In this document: positions 19,334-31,315 of the stretch, piece after piece
Position numbering within the stretch: the stretch's first letter is position 1
Layout of the letters: each line of letters opens with the position of its first letter
NCBI GenBank assembly: GCA_963794945.1
Contig: CAWCFT010000004.1
Location: 32,001 to 96,000 of the forward strand
DNA: 64,000 nt
Source of the DNA: Endomicrobiales bacterium
GTDB lineage: Bacteria; Elusimicrobiota; Endomicrobiia; Endomicrobiales; CAWCFT01
Direction of reading: 5' to 3'
The notes under the pieces: generated by a model
What the model was told of the DNA's origin: nothing
Databases searched by the model: none
What the model saw: the letters and a program-made list of their open reading frames with translations, nothing else
Translations under genes and position numbers: made by a program

Positions 19334-22300
19334 TCACACAACTTTTTCAACCGTCATTTTATCCAGATAGACTAGCCGTCCATCGATCTTTTTGGAAGGA
19401 TATATGTCTTTCAGAAGGCTCATATATCCCAGCAACTGTTCTTGATGCGACTCCATTCCCTCCCGCGTGGACTTGTAATCGACAACCAGTACACTGTCTT
19501 TTGTCTCAATGAGCCGGTCAACCCGCCTGGTCGCGCCGCGGCTGTCCAATAGTTCCTTCTCGTTTATCACACTCCCATCTTCAACGTAAAATATGCCTCG
19601 CAGCGCCGGAGACTCTGCCGCGGCTTTGACCTTATTCCCAAGAATATCAATGTTTGCAATTTCAGCGTATCTTACCTTCATACCGGACACAGCTCGCTCA
19701 ACAACCTTACCAGCGTCCGTTCCTTTGAGGTTTCCTATGAGCGAAAGTCCGAAATGGACCGCCTCACCCGCGGCCGCAGAAGCTTTTTTGACGGGGTCGA
19801 ACTCTCCCGAGAACTCGTTTTTTAATATCTTTATCCAGTCGCCGTATACTTCGTTAGACAGCATATTCACTTTCGGAGGATTTACTTTTCCTATTGGCAT
19901 CCTCTCACCAGTTTCACGCTCGCCGCCGGCAAAAAGCCGCGCGGCGTTGTTCGAGTTGCCGCTTTTCGACGGGATATAAACGTAAAGCTCGTCTTTAGCC
20001 CTGGTCAGGGCCACATAGACGGCGTTGAGCTCGTCGATCAGGGATTTTTTCAGATTATCGTTATAAAGTTTTGCCAGTTTCGGCGAGAATGCGGCGTAAT
20101 CCTTGTTGAGTTTTACCAGCGACAGGCCGCTCTCCGACCTGTTCAAGAAGTATGATCCCGCGGAACCTTTTCCGTCGAGCGCCGAAATGTCCATGGTGAG
20201 GTAGGGTATTATGACAACCGGGAATTCCAGCCCCTTCGCCTTGTGTATCGTGCTTAGCCTTACAGAATCAACCCCGGAGAACCTTACGTAAAGGTCTTTT
20301 TCGGGAGCATCCTGAAAATATGCGAGGAATTCCCTAAGGCTCCTGTGTTCTTCCTCATTTTCTTTGATAAGTTCCAGCAGGTGCGATATAAACCCCTGAA
20401 AGCCCGGGAAGTTCACGGTGACTTTAAACCTGCCCAATACAAACACAACAAGTTCATAGGCCGGCATAAAGCCGACGCTGACAAAGAACTCCTCGAAGCA
20501 CCTGTCCCATATCTCCGGATACTTTTCCCTGAAAGCCTTGTAGAGGTAAGTCCCTCCGCGCGGTATTTTACCGGTGTCGAAAATAAATCTTTCCGCTTCT
20601 TTCGCGCCGAGCCCGCCGGTTTTCGCGAAAATATCGCCAAGTAAAAATGAAGCGAAAGCTGAATTATCTATGGGCGAATCAAGGAATATCAGGAACGACA
20701 CCAGCTCTTTGATAATAGGGTTCTCTTTGAGGTTCAGTGTTTTTTCCGACTCCGCTGGTATCCCGGCTTCGAGGAGCCAGCCCGTAAAAAGCTCTATGTC
20801 GTCGTTCTGTCTCGCGAGCACCGCAATGTCCCTGTACGGATAGCGTTCGTTGGCCGACTTTACAAGCTCGACAAACTCCGTTTTCATCAGCCCGTCGCGC
20901 TCATCATTATTCTTCGCTTCAAGGTGCTTAACCCTCACATAGCCGCCGGCGTTCTGTTTGCCGGCAACCTGGCGCGAACCGGAATATATGTTCAATATCT
21001 CCGCGGTATCGCTTTTTGAGAATTGTTTTTCTTCGTTCTCAGCTCCGAAGTCTGCGATAAAGCGGGCCACATTTTCTTCAGAGAACAGCTCGTTGTTGAA
21101 ATTTACCACTTCCTGCCTGCTTCTATAGTTCTTATCCAGTATCTCGGTTTTCGAAGCGACAAGCGGAAAATTCCCTGGCACGCGGTCGAAAAGTTCCGCG
21201 TCGCCCCCCCTAAACCGGTATATGGCCTGCTTCTTGTCGCCGACGTAAAATAGCGACCGCCGTTCGAAAGCACCTCGTCCACCATCGGCCTGACGTTCTT
21301 CCACTGAAGGACGCTCGTGTCCTGGAATTCGTCTATAAGGAAGTGCCTGAACCTCGCCGACATCCTGTAGTATAGCTCCGGCACAACATCGCCGCCGTCG
21401 GCGAACACGTCGTTCGCCCTGCGGTTGAGCTCGCTTAAGAACATCAGGTCGTCTTTCCTGGAGAGCGCCTCGAAATATTTAATGACCGGCCAATAAATGT
21501 CTATATAGCAATTATAGAAAGACAGCGCCTCGACGTTCGATATATCGGCTACGGCAAACCGCACCTCGGCCCACAGCTTGTCCGCTTTCTCTACCGGAAC
21601 GCAGCCCTTGTTGAGCGGGAGTTTTTCATGGGTAAAGAATTTCCCCTGCCCGCGGATAGAAAAATTCTCACCCTGTTCGGTTATGATATCCGATAATTTC
21701 CCTTTGAAATTCTTGTGAGTTTTATCAGGCAGGCAGCCAAAAAGTTGTTTCAGCTTTTCAAATGTTTCGCGTTTGAGCGAAAATATATCGTCAGTAGAAT
21801 ATTCCACGGTCTTCTCAAGCCTGCCGCCGAACGTATTTGACTTATTGTAAAGGTCCGAGACTACCGCCAGGATATTCTGCCGGGGCAGCCAGCCGGATTT
21901 CTTTTCTATGTGAAGGTACTGTACAATGAATTCGCCAAGCGCGGCCCGCGCGGAGGCATCACCTTCAGAATTCTCTATATGCATATCGAGGCTTCTCGAG
22001 ATGTACTCCTTGTAATCGGTCTTTATATCGAACCGGGAAGAGAGGTTGAGCCTGAAGCTTGACCCTGATATTATCTCGTTAATAAAGCTGTCCACAGTCT
22101 GTATGCGGAAACTCCCGTAGTTCGCTATTATGTAGTCCATAAGCGCGAACGCCCTCTTGCGCGCTTCTGCCGGCGGAACGCCGAGCGATGCCATGATATC
22201 CGCCCGCTCGTCCTCCCTGGCGAAAGAATCCAGAGCGATCTTCTTAAGGAAATCGAATATCCTGGTCTTCATCTCTATGGAAGCTTTATTGGTGAAGGTT

Positions 22301-22458
22301 ATGGCTATAATGTTCCTGACGGGAGTATCTTCGGCTTTTATGGCGGGGTTTATTATTAGTTTAAGGTAGTGTTTCGCGAGAGCGTAAGTTTTCCCCGAGC
22401 CCGCCGAGGCTTCGAGGATATGTATCTGTGGAACAAACTTGCTTTCTTGTTTATCCAT
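19334..22458 (-). CDS. addA: AddA-like UvrD helicase-nuclease; frameshift ~21260
   Basis: ASAGSGKT, DEFQDTS, VGDKKQAIYRFRGG, TIHKAKGLEF, YVALTRA, C-terminal VDR...VDYKS. Confidence 0.85.
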
Positions 22459-22478
22459 ATTATGCGTCTTAATCAAGG

Positions 22479-22575
22479 GTCATTCCGGAATACCTGTATC
22501 CGGAATCCATAACCTTTTAAATCATTTATAAAATGCAGTTGTCATGGATTCCCGACAAAACATTTCGGGGATAAC
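22479..22575. repeat. Family 1 palindromic doublet without cargo
   Basis: GTCATTCCGGA...TCCGGAATCCA-spacer-TGGATTCCCGA...TCGGGGATAAC. Confidence 0.8.
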
Positions 22576-22588
22576 AAACATGAGTGCG

Positions 22589-23487
22589 TTATTTTGGAAA
22601 ACAGAGTTCCCGGTAGTTGCAGAAACCGCACACTCTTGTATTGATGGTCTTGGCGAATTCGCTTTTTTCTTTTGGCAAGTTCTGATCTATATTCTTTAGC
22701 ATCGCGTACATCTCGCTTGTCTCGGTTTTTACGCCGCCGGTGAACGCCTCGATGTCCGGCGCGCTTATCTTCATCGTGTTCTCGGAATACTGCGGCATTA
22801 GGTAAACCGTCACGGGAAATATACGCGAGGGATCCTTGCCAAAATTATTAGACGCCCATGTCGAATAGCCTATAAGCTGTTTAGAATGCTTTTTTTCGTC
22901 CGCCTTACCGGTTTTCCAATCCAGAATGAAAATGTCGCCGTCAACCGGGAAAAGGAAATCCACCTTGCAGTAAGCTTTCATGCCGTCTATCCTGGTCTCG
23001 CCGTAGCCGGGAGGCTCTATTACCCAGCCGGTCTTGTTGGTTATGGCTTTATCTATTATCCAGCGGCACTGTCGCTGCCAAGAAAGTTCGTGAGGCCCTG
23101 CTTAACGTTCTCGAAGATTTTTCCCGTGTCTATTTTCTCTATCTGTTTGTAGTAAACCTCAGTGAACGTTTTCGAACCGCAGTATGCGTTAGTCATTTTC
23201 TGCGCAAAATCGAGGAACCTGGCATTATTAACCGGCTCTTCGCTCTTTAAAAGCCTCTCGAGAAAAGCCTTGATCGTATCATGGATTATGTTGCCCGTTT
23301 CCAGAGGAACAGAGGTCATTGACTTGAGAGCATTTATTTTTGAGCGCGGAAACTCGATGTCGTATTTGCCGTAATAGTCGTAGTAGTACTGCCGCCTGCA
23401 CATGTTGAACTTATCGTAGCGTGAAACCGACCAGCCCAGGATATCTGAGTAGTCATAACGTTTGATATCGTTCAGTTTTTCACTCAT
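22589..23487 (-). CDS. PD-(D/E)XK (Cas4/RecB-like) nuclease; frameshift ~23065
   Basis: WSVSRYDKFNMCRRQYYY, KVDF...ILDWKTG, QLIGY, CGFCNYRELC. Confidence 0.8.
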
Positions 23488-23586
23488 GAATTATTGTCTC
23501 CCGCTTTTGTATATCGAAACGCCCAATTATATTCGAGATTATACATTTTTATGATCAAGCTGAGAAGACTCGGGAGGATTTTTCTG

Positions 23587-24398
23587 TCAGTCTGTGTGGT
23601 GATCAAGATGGGCGTGCGGGTGTACGTGGGCAATACCCTTGTGTTTGTGGCTGTGAATATGCAGCAGGTTGTTGCTGGCAAGAAAATCGTTATCCGAGAG
23701 AATATCATAGGGAGAACCGTGCTTGATGATCCTTTTGCTTTTATCGAACACATAGACGGTGTCGGATATTTCTCCTACCACGTGAAGGTCGTGCGTGGCT
23801 GTTATAATGGTCTTTCCTTTAGCGCTGGCTTCGATGATCAGGTCTACTATATGGCGTGTTGTGAGAGGGTCAAGACCCGCCGTAGGCTCGTCAAGCAGGA
23901 TAACGTCCGGATCTATCGCAAGAACCGACGCGAGCGCTGCTTTGCGTTTCTCCCCGATGCTAAGCTGGTGCGGGGCTCTGTCCAGAAGATGTGTGATCTC
24001 GAAAAGTTCGGCAAGCGACGCGAGGCGCTTTTTTACTTCATCGTGCGGCACACCGAGTGCAGCGGCCCGAAAACTATGTCTTCCCGCACGGTGGGGCAGA
24101 ACAGCGCAACGTCCGGATTCTGGAAAACAAAACCAACTTTGCCGCGAAAATATTTCGAGAACTCTTCATCGTTTAACAGGTTCTCGTTAAGCTCGTGGCC
24201 AAACGCCTTGATATTGCCGGAATCAGGGAATATAAGTGCGTCCAGCATCGTAAGCAGGGTTGACTTGCCGGTGCCGTTGGCCCCTATAACGGATATCTTT
24301 TCCCCGGCCTTGACGGTCAGGTCGATACCCGACAAGGCCGGGAATTTCCCGATGTAAGAATAGTGCACATCTTTTAGCTCAAATATATTTTCGCTCAT
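23587..24398 (-). CDS. cbiO: ECF Co/Ni transporter ATPase; frameshift ~24060
   Basis: GANGTGKS, FQNPD, LSIGEK, LLDEPTAGLD; His-rich tail. Confidence 0.85.
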
Positions 24399-24449
24399 TT
24401 TTCCTTTTAAATGACAAACACAATTAACTGAAAAACACTTTTTTCGGGG

Positions 24450-24534
24450 GTCGTTGCGAGTAGCGAAGCGACGCGGCAATCTTGTTTTTTTCGTAGAAAG
24501 ACGAGATTGCTTCACCCTCCGGGTTCGCAAAGAC
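24450..24534. repeat. Palindromic element family 2
   Basis: GTCGTTGCGAG...GCAATC...GATTGC...TCGCAAAGAC. Confidence 0.75.
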
Positions 24535-24567
24535 GGCACGTTTTAATAGTTTTTTAACGATCCCAAA

Positions 24568-25413
24568 CTAATATATCTTTAAAATAATTACACCTGTCAG
24601 TGCTATAACGGCGCCAGCCCAAACCCAGTCACAAATCCCAGCCTTGAATTCGTTTATAACCTGGGGCTCCCCGTTGTATCCCCTTGAAAGCATGGCGCTG
24701 TAAACCTGGTTATTGAGGTTGTATGACCTCATCCACAGGTTGGCCATGTTCCAGGCTACCATCTCGCGCCCCTTTTTGTGGTGAACCCTCACCCCCACCC
24801 TGCTTTTTATGGCGAGGTAAGTGTGTTCCAGTATTTCCACGAACAGGTATATATAGCGGTAGCACATGCCGAGCGTCATGACAAATATCTGAGGCACTCT
24901 AAAAACCCTGAGCACCCTGAGCAGCTCATTGTGTTTAGTCGTCAGCGACAAAAGAATAACGTACGAGACAGACGTAATGACCCGCGCGACGAAAAGTTCG
25001 GCTCCGGCCAACCCTTCCCGGGTAACAGTAAGGTTCAGAAAGGATAACTTAAAAGTCAGGAGTTCTTTGCCGGGGGTAACGATATCGAAGAGCGCCGGGA
25101 TAGCGATAAAGAGAGAGAAGAGCGGTATGAACACCCACGTCCTTTTTAAAAAGAACGATACGCCGATCTTGGAAACAACCGCAAGAACCAGGCATAGCAG
25201 ATACAAGCAGACAAGAAGGCGTACGTCATTTATAAAAAGCGTGAGCACGACAAACAGGAACAGGGTGATCGTTTTGACACGGGGGTCGCGGGCCTGCAAG
25301 AACCCTGGTTTTGATGCGTATTCGTCGGCATAAACCGAATCCCTGAAGAAGCCGAGCGCACCAATTATGGAATGCTCGATAAAACTGCCTTTCTTTTTAG
25401 TAAAAATATTCAT
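24568..25413 (-). CDS. cbiQ: ECF transporter transmembrane component
   Basis: DPRVK, YRYI, AIKSR and AMLSRGY motifs. Confidence 0.9.
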   Translation of the reverse strand: MNIFTKKKGSFIEHSIIGALGFFRDSVYADEYASKPGFLQARDPRVKTITLFLFVVLTLFINDVRLLVCLYLLCLVLAVVSKIGVSFFLKRTWVFIPLFSLFIAIPALFDIVTPGKELLTFKLSFLNLTVTREGLAGAELFVARVITSVSYVILLSLTTKHNELLRVLRVFRVPQIFVMTLGMCYRYIYLFVEILEHTYLAIKSRVGVRVHHKKGREMVAWNMANLWMRSYNLNNQVYSAMLSRGYNGEPQVINEFKAGICDWVWAGAVIALTGVIILKIY

Positions 25414-25455
25414 TACCTCTTATATCTAGTTCAGTTGAAAATCTCTGTTTTTTCT

Positions 25456-25551
25456 GTCATCCCTGAGCGCCTCTGTCAGGGATCCAAAACCAAAATATCA
25501 TTTATAAAATGCAATTGTTCTGGATGCCGGATAACACATTTCCGGCATGAC
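25456..25551. repeat. Family 1 palindromic doublet without cargo
   Basis: GTCATCCCTGA...TCAGGGATCCA-spacer-TGGATGCCGGA...TCCGGCATGAC. Confidence 0.8.
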
Positions 25552-25560
25552 AAACTAACG

Positions 25561-25896
25561 CTAATCTTTTTTCTTGGCCAGCGCCATGCCGATCACTATC
25601 ATTAAAGCGGCAATTACAGCTATGCCTACTACCGCCGAAAATATGTAAGCAATGCTCAAATGCGCAAGGCCTTTTGCTTCCCAGCCTTTGAAACCGTAGT
25701 CAGGCAGCGGGGCTTTCCACAAACCTGAAAGTTTCTTCATGCCTGCCGGTACATATCCGGCAAATTTTTCTATCTCGCCCGTTCCCCACTCGCCCCAGGC
25801 TGAACCCGCCTTAAAATGCGCAGGCAATATTACGCCTAACGGAGAAAGAATAATTAGTATTCCGAGCCCGATCCAAAGCTTTTTAGTGGTTTTCAT
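25561..25896 (-). CDS. ECF accessory membrane protein (PDGLE/NikN-like)
   Basis: Two TM helices; AWGEW...APLPDY motif. Confidence 0.8.
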   Translation of the reverse strand: MKTTKKLWIGLGILIILSPLGVILPAHFKAGSAWGEWGTGEIEKFAGYVPAGMKKLSGLWKAPLPDYGFKGWEAKGLAHLSIAYIFSAVVGIAVIAALMIVIGMALAKKKD

Positions 25897-25960
25897 GGTA
25901 ATATTAAAAATCAAACATCAAATATCGAAATTGAGCTAATTGAAAAACCTATTGAAACTT

Positions 25961-26035
25961 GCCGTCTTTGCGAACCCGAAGGGTGAAGCAATCTCGTTTT
26001 TCGACTAAACAACAAGATTGCCGAGTCGCTTCGCT
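25961..26035. repeat. Family 2 palindromic element, inverted relative to the 24450 copy and truncated
   Basis: GCCGTCTTTGCGAACCCG...GAAGCAATCTC...GATTGCCG. Confidence 0.7.
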
Positions 26036-26152
26036 GCATGCGTTAAGGATTTCATCCTTAATGGCCCAACATCGCACAAAGACACCTAAAAATGGGTTTT
26101 TCAACGATCTCAAATTAAGGTTAATAGCTCATTACTAAATTATTTTTGATTT

Positions 26153-26847
26153 TTAATTCTTGATATTTGATATTGCTGCTCCTGAAAGGAGCTCCGGGTC
26201 CTGCTTCTGCAAATATTTAACTACCAGAGCGGTGATCACCGCTTCTATCCAGCCGAATATTAGAAGATGTTCGCCGGACATTGCTGTCAGCGCGACCTTC
26301 AAGCCGTAGGGACAATAAAGCGCCTGGCCGGAAGGAGTGTGATGCAGGATAGGCTGGATACCGAACTCTATGCCTGCCATCAGCGCCGCCGCGTTAATTC
26401 CAATATACCGCGATTCCAGCGGCGACAACCCTTCTGCCTGAAGTTGCGGTAGAATTGTAACTTATCAAACGGTAAACATAATACCCGACGAACACCAGTA
26501 CGAACGCCATATTGAACGAATTCGCACCCAGCGCAGTGAATGCCGCCGTCGCCGAACAAAAGAGCCTGGACAACTAGAGCCACGGTGACCGCAATGCAAG
26601 CGGCCCACGGGCCAAGAAGTATAGCAACAAGCACTCCGCCAACTGCGTGCCCTGTTGTGCCGCCAGGTATGGGCACGTTAAACATCATGATAAGGAAGCT
26701 GAATGCGGCGCCTATCGCAAGCAGCGGCACCTGTTTGGCTTTCAATGTCTTCTTTGCCATCTTAGAAGCGAACGCCCACACAGCAGCCATTACCACATAA
26801 AAAAAACCACTCGTGGTGGGGCCCAGATATCCATCGGGAATATGCAT
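26153..26847 (-). CDS. cbiM: ECF S component CbiM/NikM; two frameshifts (~26538, ~26405)
   Basis: MHIPDG N-terminus, GGTTGH, QALLFGDGG. Confidence 0.9.
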
Positions 26848-27043
26848 TTGATCTGATCCTCTTAGATAGTGAAACTCCGCCAGCAGGAGATGGCGGCTTC
26901 TTTTACTACACCAACAACCTGCGTGTCGCCTTCGACGACCGCCAATCCATCCCCAAGCAGGAGCTTGGGGGTTTAACGTGGCGGACTAAAATATCTTTTC
27001 GCTATACCCGTGCGGAAAGACGGATTGGCTGGAAATGCTGAGC

Positions 27044-28310
27044 TCATTCCCCTTCCAGCGGTTCCAGTTTCGGAGGTTTATTGGCGGACGCGCGGGTGGC
27101 ATCCCATTCAGCGCGGGTCTTTGCCAGGTCAGCCGCAGGATATTTTTGAAGTACGTTAAAATAATCCTGCTGAAGAGGGTCCTTGAGCACGTCGGCCTCT
27201 TTTTTACACTGCACTACGAACACAAACTGAATGCACTGGTGGTCGAAATCCCGCCAGGTCTCCGCATCTTTAAGCAGCGTGAATGTGTGGCCTTCTAAAG
27301 CTTTTATCACCTTTGCTACATCAAAGCTCTTCGCTCGCTCCACGGCGCTTTTATACTCGTACAAATTTGTATAAGCGGTGCTTGCTCCCCAGCAAGGATA
27401 CTGATTATATCTTTTCACAAACTTTTCAACGAATTTTATGCCTCTTTCATAATTATACTTGTACGGCACTCTCCAGTTCCAGTCGCTGCCTCCGTAGACT
27501 CCCTCCATGACCTTCGGCCCAGCTCCGATGGCCAGGTTTAATTCAAGTACGGGGACGACGAACTGGCACTTCTCTTTTAAGCCCGCCTCGGTAGCCATGC
27601 GGATCATCTTTGACATATCGCCCCCGAACTGCACCATGACCAGCACGTCGGGATTGGCTTTTTTGGCCAACACGATAGCGCTCGCGAAGTTCTCATCAGA
27701 AGCGGGGAAAGGGGTTCTTACGCTCTGGTGCACATTCGTGTCCGTTGTGCCTGTGAACTTGCGCAGGGAATCTTCGCAGCTTATCCCCCACGAATAACCC
27801 GCTGTGATATAGAAATATTTTTTGCCGCTGAACTTTGTTTTCAGATATTCCCCAAGCGCTTTCGCGCCCATCCAGGCGTTGTAACAGGCCCGGAACGTAT
27901 GGCGGTGCGCGTTTTCATCAGTTATATCATTCGAGGCAGTTACAGTGCCCATAAAAAGCATGCCTTTTTCCTGGCATATCTGGCTTGACATGGCAGCGAC
28001 CGCGCTGGACGCTCCGCCAAAGATCATAGTAACGCCTTCGGCTATCATTATGTACACGTTTTGCCTTGTCGTATCCACTCTCGACATGGAATCGCGCTTG
28101 ACCAGAACTATTTTTTTACCAAGTACGCCGCCCGCGGCGTTTATCTCTTCCACGGCTATATCTGCGGCTCTTTCCTCGTCTAACCCCTGTTTCGCGTACG
28201 GTCCCGTTCTGCGGAAAATTTAATCCGATCTTTACCGCGTCTTCCGCGGCGGCAGCATTAACGGCTAACGCAAGCATGACAAACAGAGAATAAACTATCT
28301 TTCTCAACAT
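27044..28310 (-). CDS. Branched-chain amino acid-type periplasmic binding protein; frameshift ~28218
   Basis: Signal peptide, VKIGL, EEINAAGGVLGKKI, HRHTFR. Confidence 0.85.
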
Positions 28311-28402
28311 AAATTAAAATCTCCTTAATGTTTTTACAATCGCATTGTTAATTGGAATTATAGCAAATTATTTCAGCAAAACCAGACGAAACAGCGCCTT
28401 GT

Positions 28403-28807
28403 TTATTTTATATTTTGAACTTCTCTCATCGACTGCTGTCTGAAAGCAGCAAGCAGGCGGTCTATTTTGTCCTGCGGCATGCCTTTTATGTAGTCGGAAA
28501 TTATAAGAAGGGCATCCACCACGCTGATGTTAATATTGTCTTTGTCCGCGTAGAACCTGTTTACCGACATCTCTATCTTTTCCACATCCTGCGACAAAAT
28601 TCCATCGTAAGCGTTGACCAGTTTGGTTTTTGGGTTCGCGCTGCCCAGCAGGACGACCGAATCCTCCACAGCTTTTATGTAAACGGCCTTGCTGGTATTA
28701 TCGAGGTCCTTCCAAGCCTGGCCGCGTATTACGTCATTAAGCGGGTTGGCTGAAATGAACGCCAGCGGCAGTAACAGAACAAAAAAGCAGAGTATTGATT
28801 TTTTCAT
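28403..28807 (-). CDS. Secreted hypothetical helical protein
   Basis: Signal peptide, 134 aa, GAGGT RBS. Confidence 0.65.
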   Translation of the reverse strand: MKKSILCFFVLLLPLAFISANPLNDVIRGQAWKDLDNTSKAVYIKAVEDSVVLLGSANPKTKLVNAYDGILSQDVEKIEMSVNRFYADKDNINISVVDALLIISDYIKGMPQDKIDRLLAAFRQQSMREVQNIK

Positions 28808-28824
28808 CTGGCACCTCGGGATAG

Positions 28825-29373
28825 TTATGGTTTTTCTACAGGCTCAAATTTCTCGAAATATCTGTCCATGACCCTTGTTTTACCGAACGGCAGATGGCCG
28901 CGCAGAAGCGACAACTGATGCGAGGCCACCGCTTTAGGCTCTTTATCGACAACTCGTTTCCAGATAGCAGCCGCCAGGCCCGAGCGGTCCGCGCCGCCAA
29001 GACAGTGTATGAGGATGGGCCGCGGGGCGGTTTTGAATATTTGCAGTATTTCTTCGATATCCTTATCTGTCGGCTCGCTTAACGCTGACAGAGCAATATC
29101 GTAATGCGTTATGCAGCGGGCCGTGCTGACATCCAGCTCGTCTTTATACCACGCGGAATCCGGCTCTTTACCGCGCAGATTTAGTATGCTCTTTATTTTG
29201 TATTTGTCCGTGTAATATTTCAGTTGTTCTTTGTCGAGCTGAGCGGAGCGGTAAGCTTCTCCCGGGGTAACGGTATGAAAATTACCGGCATTGAAGTTGT
29301 ACTGCCAATAAATCCCAGCTGTTAGCGCGGTCAACAGGATAAATGCTGACGTGTATTTGACTATTTTGCTCAT
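28825..29373 (-). CDS. Protein-tyrosine/dual-specificity phosphatase family protein
   Basis: YRSAQ, ILNLRG, HCLGGADRSG (CX5R). Confidence 0.85.
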   Translation of the reverse strand: MSKIVKYTSAFILLTALTAGIYWQYNFNAGNFHTVTPGEAYRSAQLDKEQLKYYTDKYKIKSILNLRGKEPDSAWYKDELDVSTARCITHYDIALSALSEPTDKDIEEILQIFKTAPRPILIHCLGGADRSGLAAAIWKRVVDKEPKAVASHQLSLLRGHLPFGKTRVMDRYFEKFEPVEKP

Positions 29374-29374
29374 A

Positions 29375-30238
29375 CTATTTTAGTTCATCAACCGCAGAGT
29401 CAGCGTATTCCGCTTTTGGGAACACAAATTTTTTGGTAAGCCACGTTAGTACAAGAAGCACTAGGAACACGGCCACTATTGTCGGGCCCGGTGACCAGTC
29501 AAAACGCAAAGAGGTTTCTATACCGGCCACGCAGCCGATAAGGCCGAAAATCCAGCCGAATACGATACGTTTCGCGGTCCCCTCAGTGGCCAATACGGCC
29601 GCTACCGCCGGGATTATCAGGAACGCGAAAACAAGCAAAACTCCCGCCACCTTGACAGATGATGTGACCACAAAGCCGAACGTGGCGTAAAAAATGAAAT
29701 CCCACCACCATATCTTCATGCCTTTGTTCCTGGCTTCTTCCGGATTTTCGGTCACCAGAAGCAGCGGCTTCCTTGCCAGCCAGTGGATAAAACCTACGGT
29801 AGAATACAGCACCGCAATGAAGATCACCTCTTTAGGCGATACGGTAAGAATAGACCCTGTGAGCATCTCCTTTATTTCTTCGGTTCCTGTCGCGGAATGC
29901 TCAAGTACAAGGAGCGACAAAGCAATAGCTCCGGCATATGTTATACCGATCAGAGCTTCCACAGGCACCTTTTCGCGCTTGCTCCTGAAAAATACGAACA
30001 GCAGCGCGCCCATAAGGGTAAAGCTCAGTGAGATAATATAGTTCTGCACCGGGAATTCAGTTCCCCATCCTATGAGAACACCCACGCTTGAGCCAAGGGC
30101 AGCCACCTGCGCGAGAGAGAGATCGACAAAAATTACACCGCGTCTGACCACGTGGTACCCTAAATATGTGTGGATACCAGTAAGAATAAGGCAAACCAGC
30201 AGCGCGACCATTACAAATTGGTACTGAAAAATCATCAT
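29375..30238 (-). CDS. Metal (Zn/Mn) ABC-3 permease
   Basis: HTYLGYHVVRRGVIFVDLSLAQ, GVLLVFAFLIIPA; multiple TM helices. Confidence 0.85.
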   Translation of the reverse strand: MMIFQYQFVMVALLVCLILTGIHTYLGYHVVRRGVIFVDLSLAQVAALGSSVGVLIGWGTEFPVQNYIISLSFTLMGALLFVFFRSKREKVPVEALIGITYAGAIALSLLVLEHSATGTEEIKEMLTGSILTVSPKEVIFIAVLYSTVGFIHWLARKPLLLVTENPEEARNKGMKIWWWDFIFYATFGFVVTSSVKVAGVLLVFAFLIIPAVAAVLATEGTAKRIVFGWIFGLIGCVAGIETSLRFDWSPGPTIVAVFLVLLVLTWLTKKFVFPKAEYADSAVDELK

Positions 30239-30376
30239 AGTAAAACTCCTGTATAAAATATTAAAAATCAAATGTAAAATATCAAAATTATGGTGTTCGC
30301 CTGCGGCGAACTATCTAAATAAGCCGCTGCAAGGTGCACATTAATTTTGATCTTTGATTCTTGATATTTGATTGTA

Positions 30377-31252
30377 TCATTTTGTTATTTGATCAATTAT
30401 TTGGTCAAAATAATCCAGATACGAACCGGCCTTTACATCCGCGCAGGACGGAGATACTTTGAACACTTTTATCCCTGTCTCGCGCGCAAGGAACTGGGGC
30501 GCGTCATCAGGAAAATAGGGCTCCTGAAAAAGTATTGTAGCGTTGTTCTTCTTGATGATGTCTATCAACGCCGCAAGGTGTTTGCCAGTAGGCGGTATGC
30601 CCGGCAGTGGTTCCACATAACCGGCAATACTTAGGTTAAAGACATGCGCAAAATAGACCCACGATGAATGATAGCCTATTATTTTCTTCCCATCTAGCTT
30701 GGCCATTTTTGTTTTCCACCCGACCATACGGTTCTCGGTATCCTGTTTGAACGCCTCGAAATTCTTATCATAATAAGCGGCATTGGCAACGTCAACTTTC
30801 TTCAGGGCCTCAAGGATGTTTGAGGCAATGATTATCCCATTCTCGGGGTCAAGCCAGTAGTGCGGATTGCCTCCTGGATGAACGTCCCCCATGATGGCGC
30901 TGATCTGTCCGGGTTTTTCGAGAACTGACACGCCGTTGGAGCAATCTACAACCAGCAGTTTGTCGTTGTGGGAACCGTCGGCTATTTCGTCCGACCACTG
31001 GTCGAGGAAGAGCCCAACCTTTAAGTAGATGTTTGCCCGCGACACTTTTATCATGTATGACGGAAGCACCTCTACCACATGTGGGTTTGCGTTGCCTTTA
31101 GCAATCGAGAACACCTCCACCTTGTCGCCGCCTATGTACGACGCTATGGAACCTAGAACCGGCAGCGCCGCCGCGATCTTTATGGGTGCAGCATAAAGCG
31201 TTCCGAACACAGTCAACATTAATGCTGCTAATACAAATAAGCACTTTTTCAT
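30377..31252 (-). CDS. Cluster A-I metal-binding periplasmic protein (ZnuA-like)
   Basis: NPH, GDVHPGGNPHYWLDP, YHSSWVYF, EPLPGIPPT. Confidence 0.9.
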   Translation of the reverse strand: MKKCLFVLAALMLTVFGTLYAAPIKIAAALPVLGSIASYIGGDKVEVFSIAKGNANPHVVEVLPSYMIKVSRANIYLKVGLFLDQWSDEIADGSHNDKLLVVDCSNGVSVLEKPGQISAIMGDVHPGGNPHYWLDPENGIIIASNILEALKKVDVANAAYYDKNFEAFKQDTENRMVGWKTKMAKLDGKKIIGYHSSWVYFAHVFNLSIAGYVEPLPGIPPTGKHLAALIDIIKKNNATILFQEPYFPDDAPQFLARETGIKVFKVSPSCADVKAGSYLDYFDQIIDQITK

Positions 31253-31315
31253 TTTATTACCTCTTATTTTTTGTTTTTATCTTACCACTTACACCTTATC
31301 GCTTACCACTGTATT

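Noticed and set aside
22589..23487. CRISPR-associated Cas4
   Set aside because: It lies in the addAB context with no cas1/cas2 or array; treated as a solo PD-(D/E)XK nuclease
23494..24357. 287-aa plus-strand ORF and other long antisense ORFs (43738..44370, 49348..49968, 47363..47905, 62882..63367)
   Set aside because: Shadow ORFs opposite well-supported genes, with no recognisable motifs
26848..27043. Cobalamin riboswitch upstream of cbiM
   Set aside because: B12-box and GGGAA/GCCACTG core motifs are not found on the minus strand
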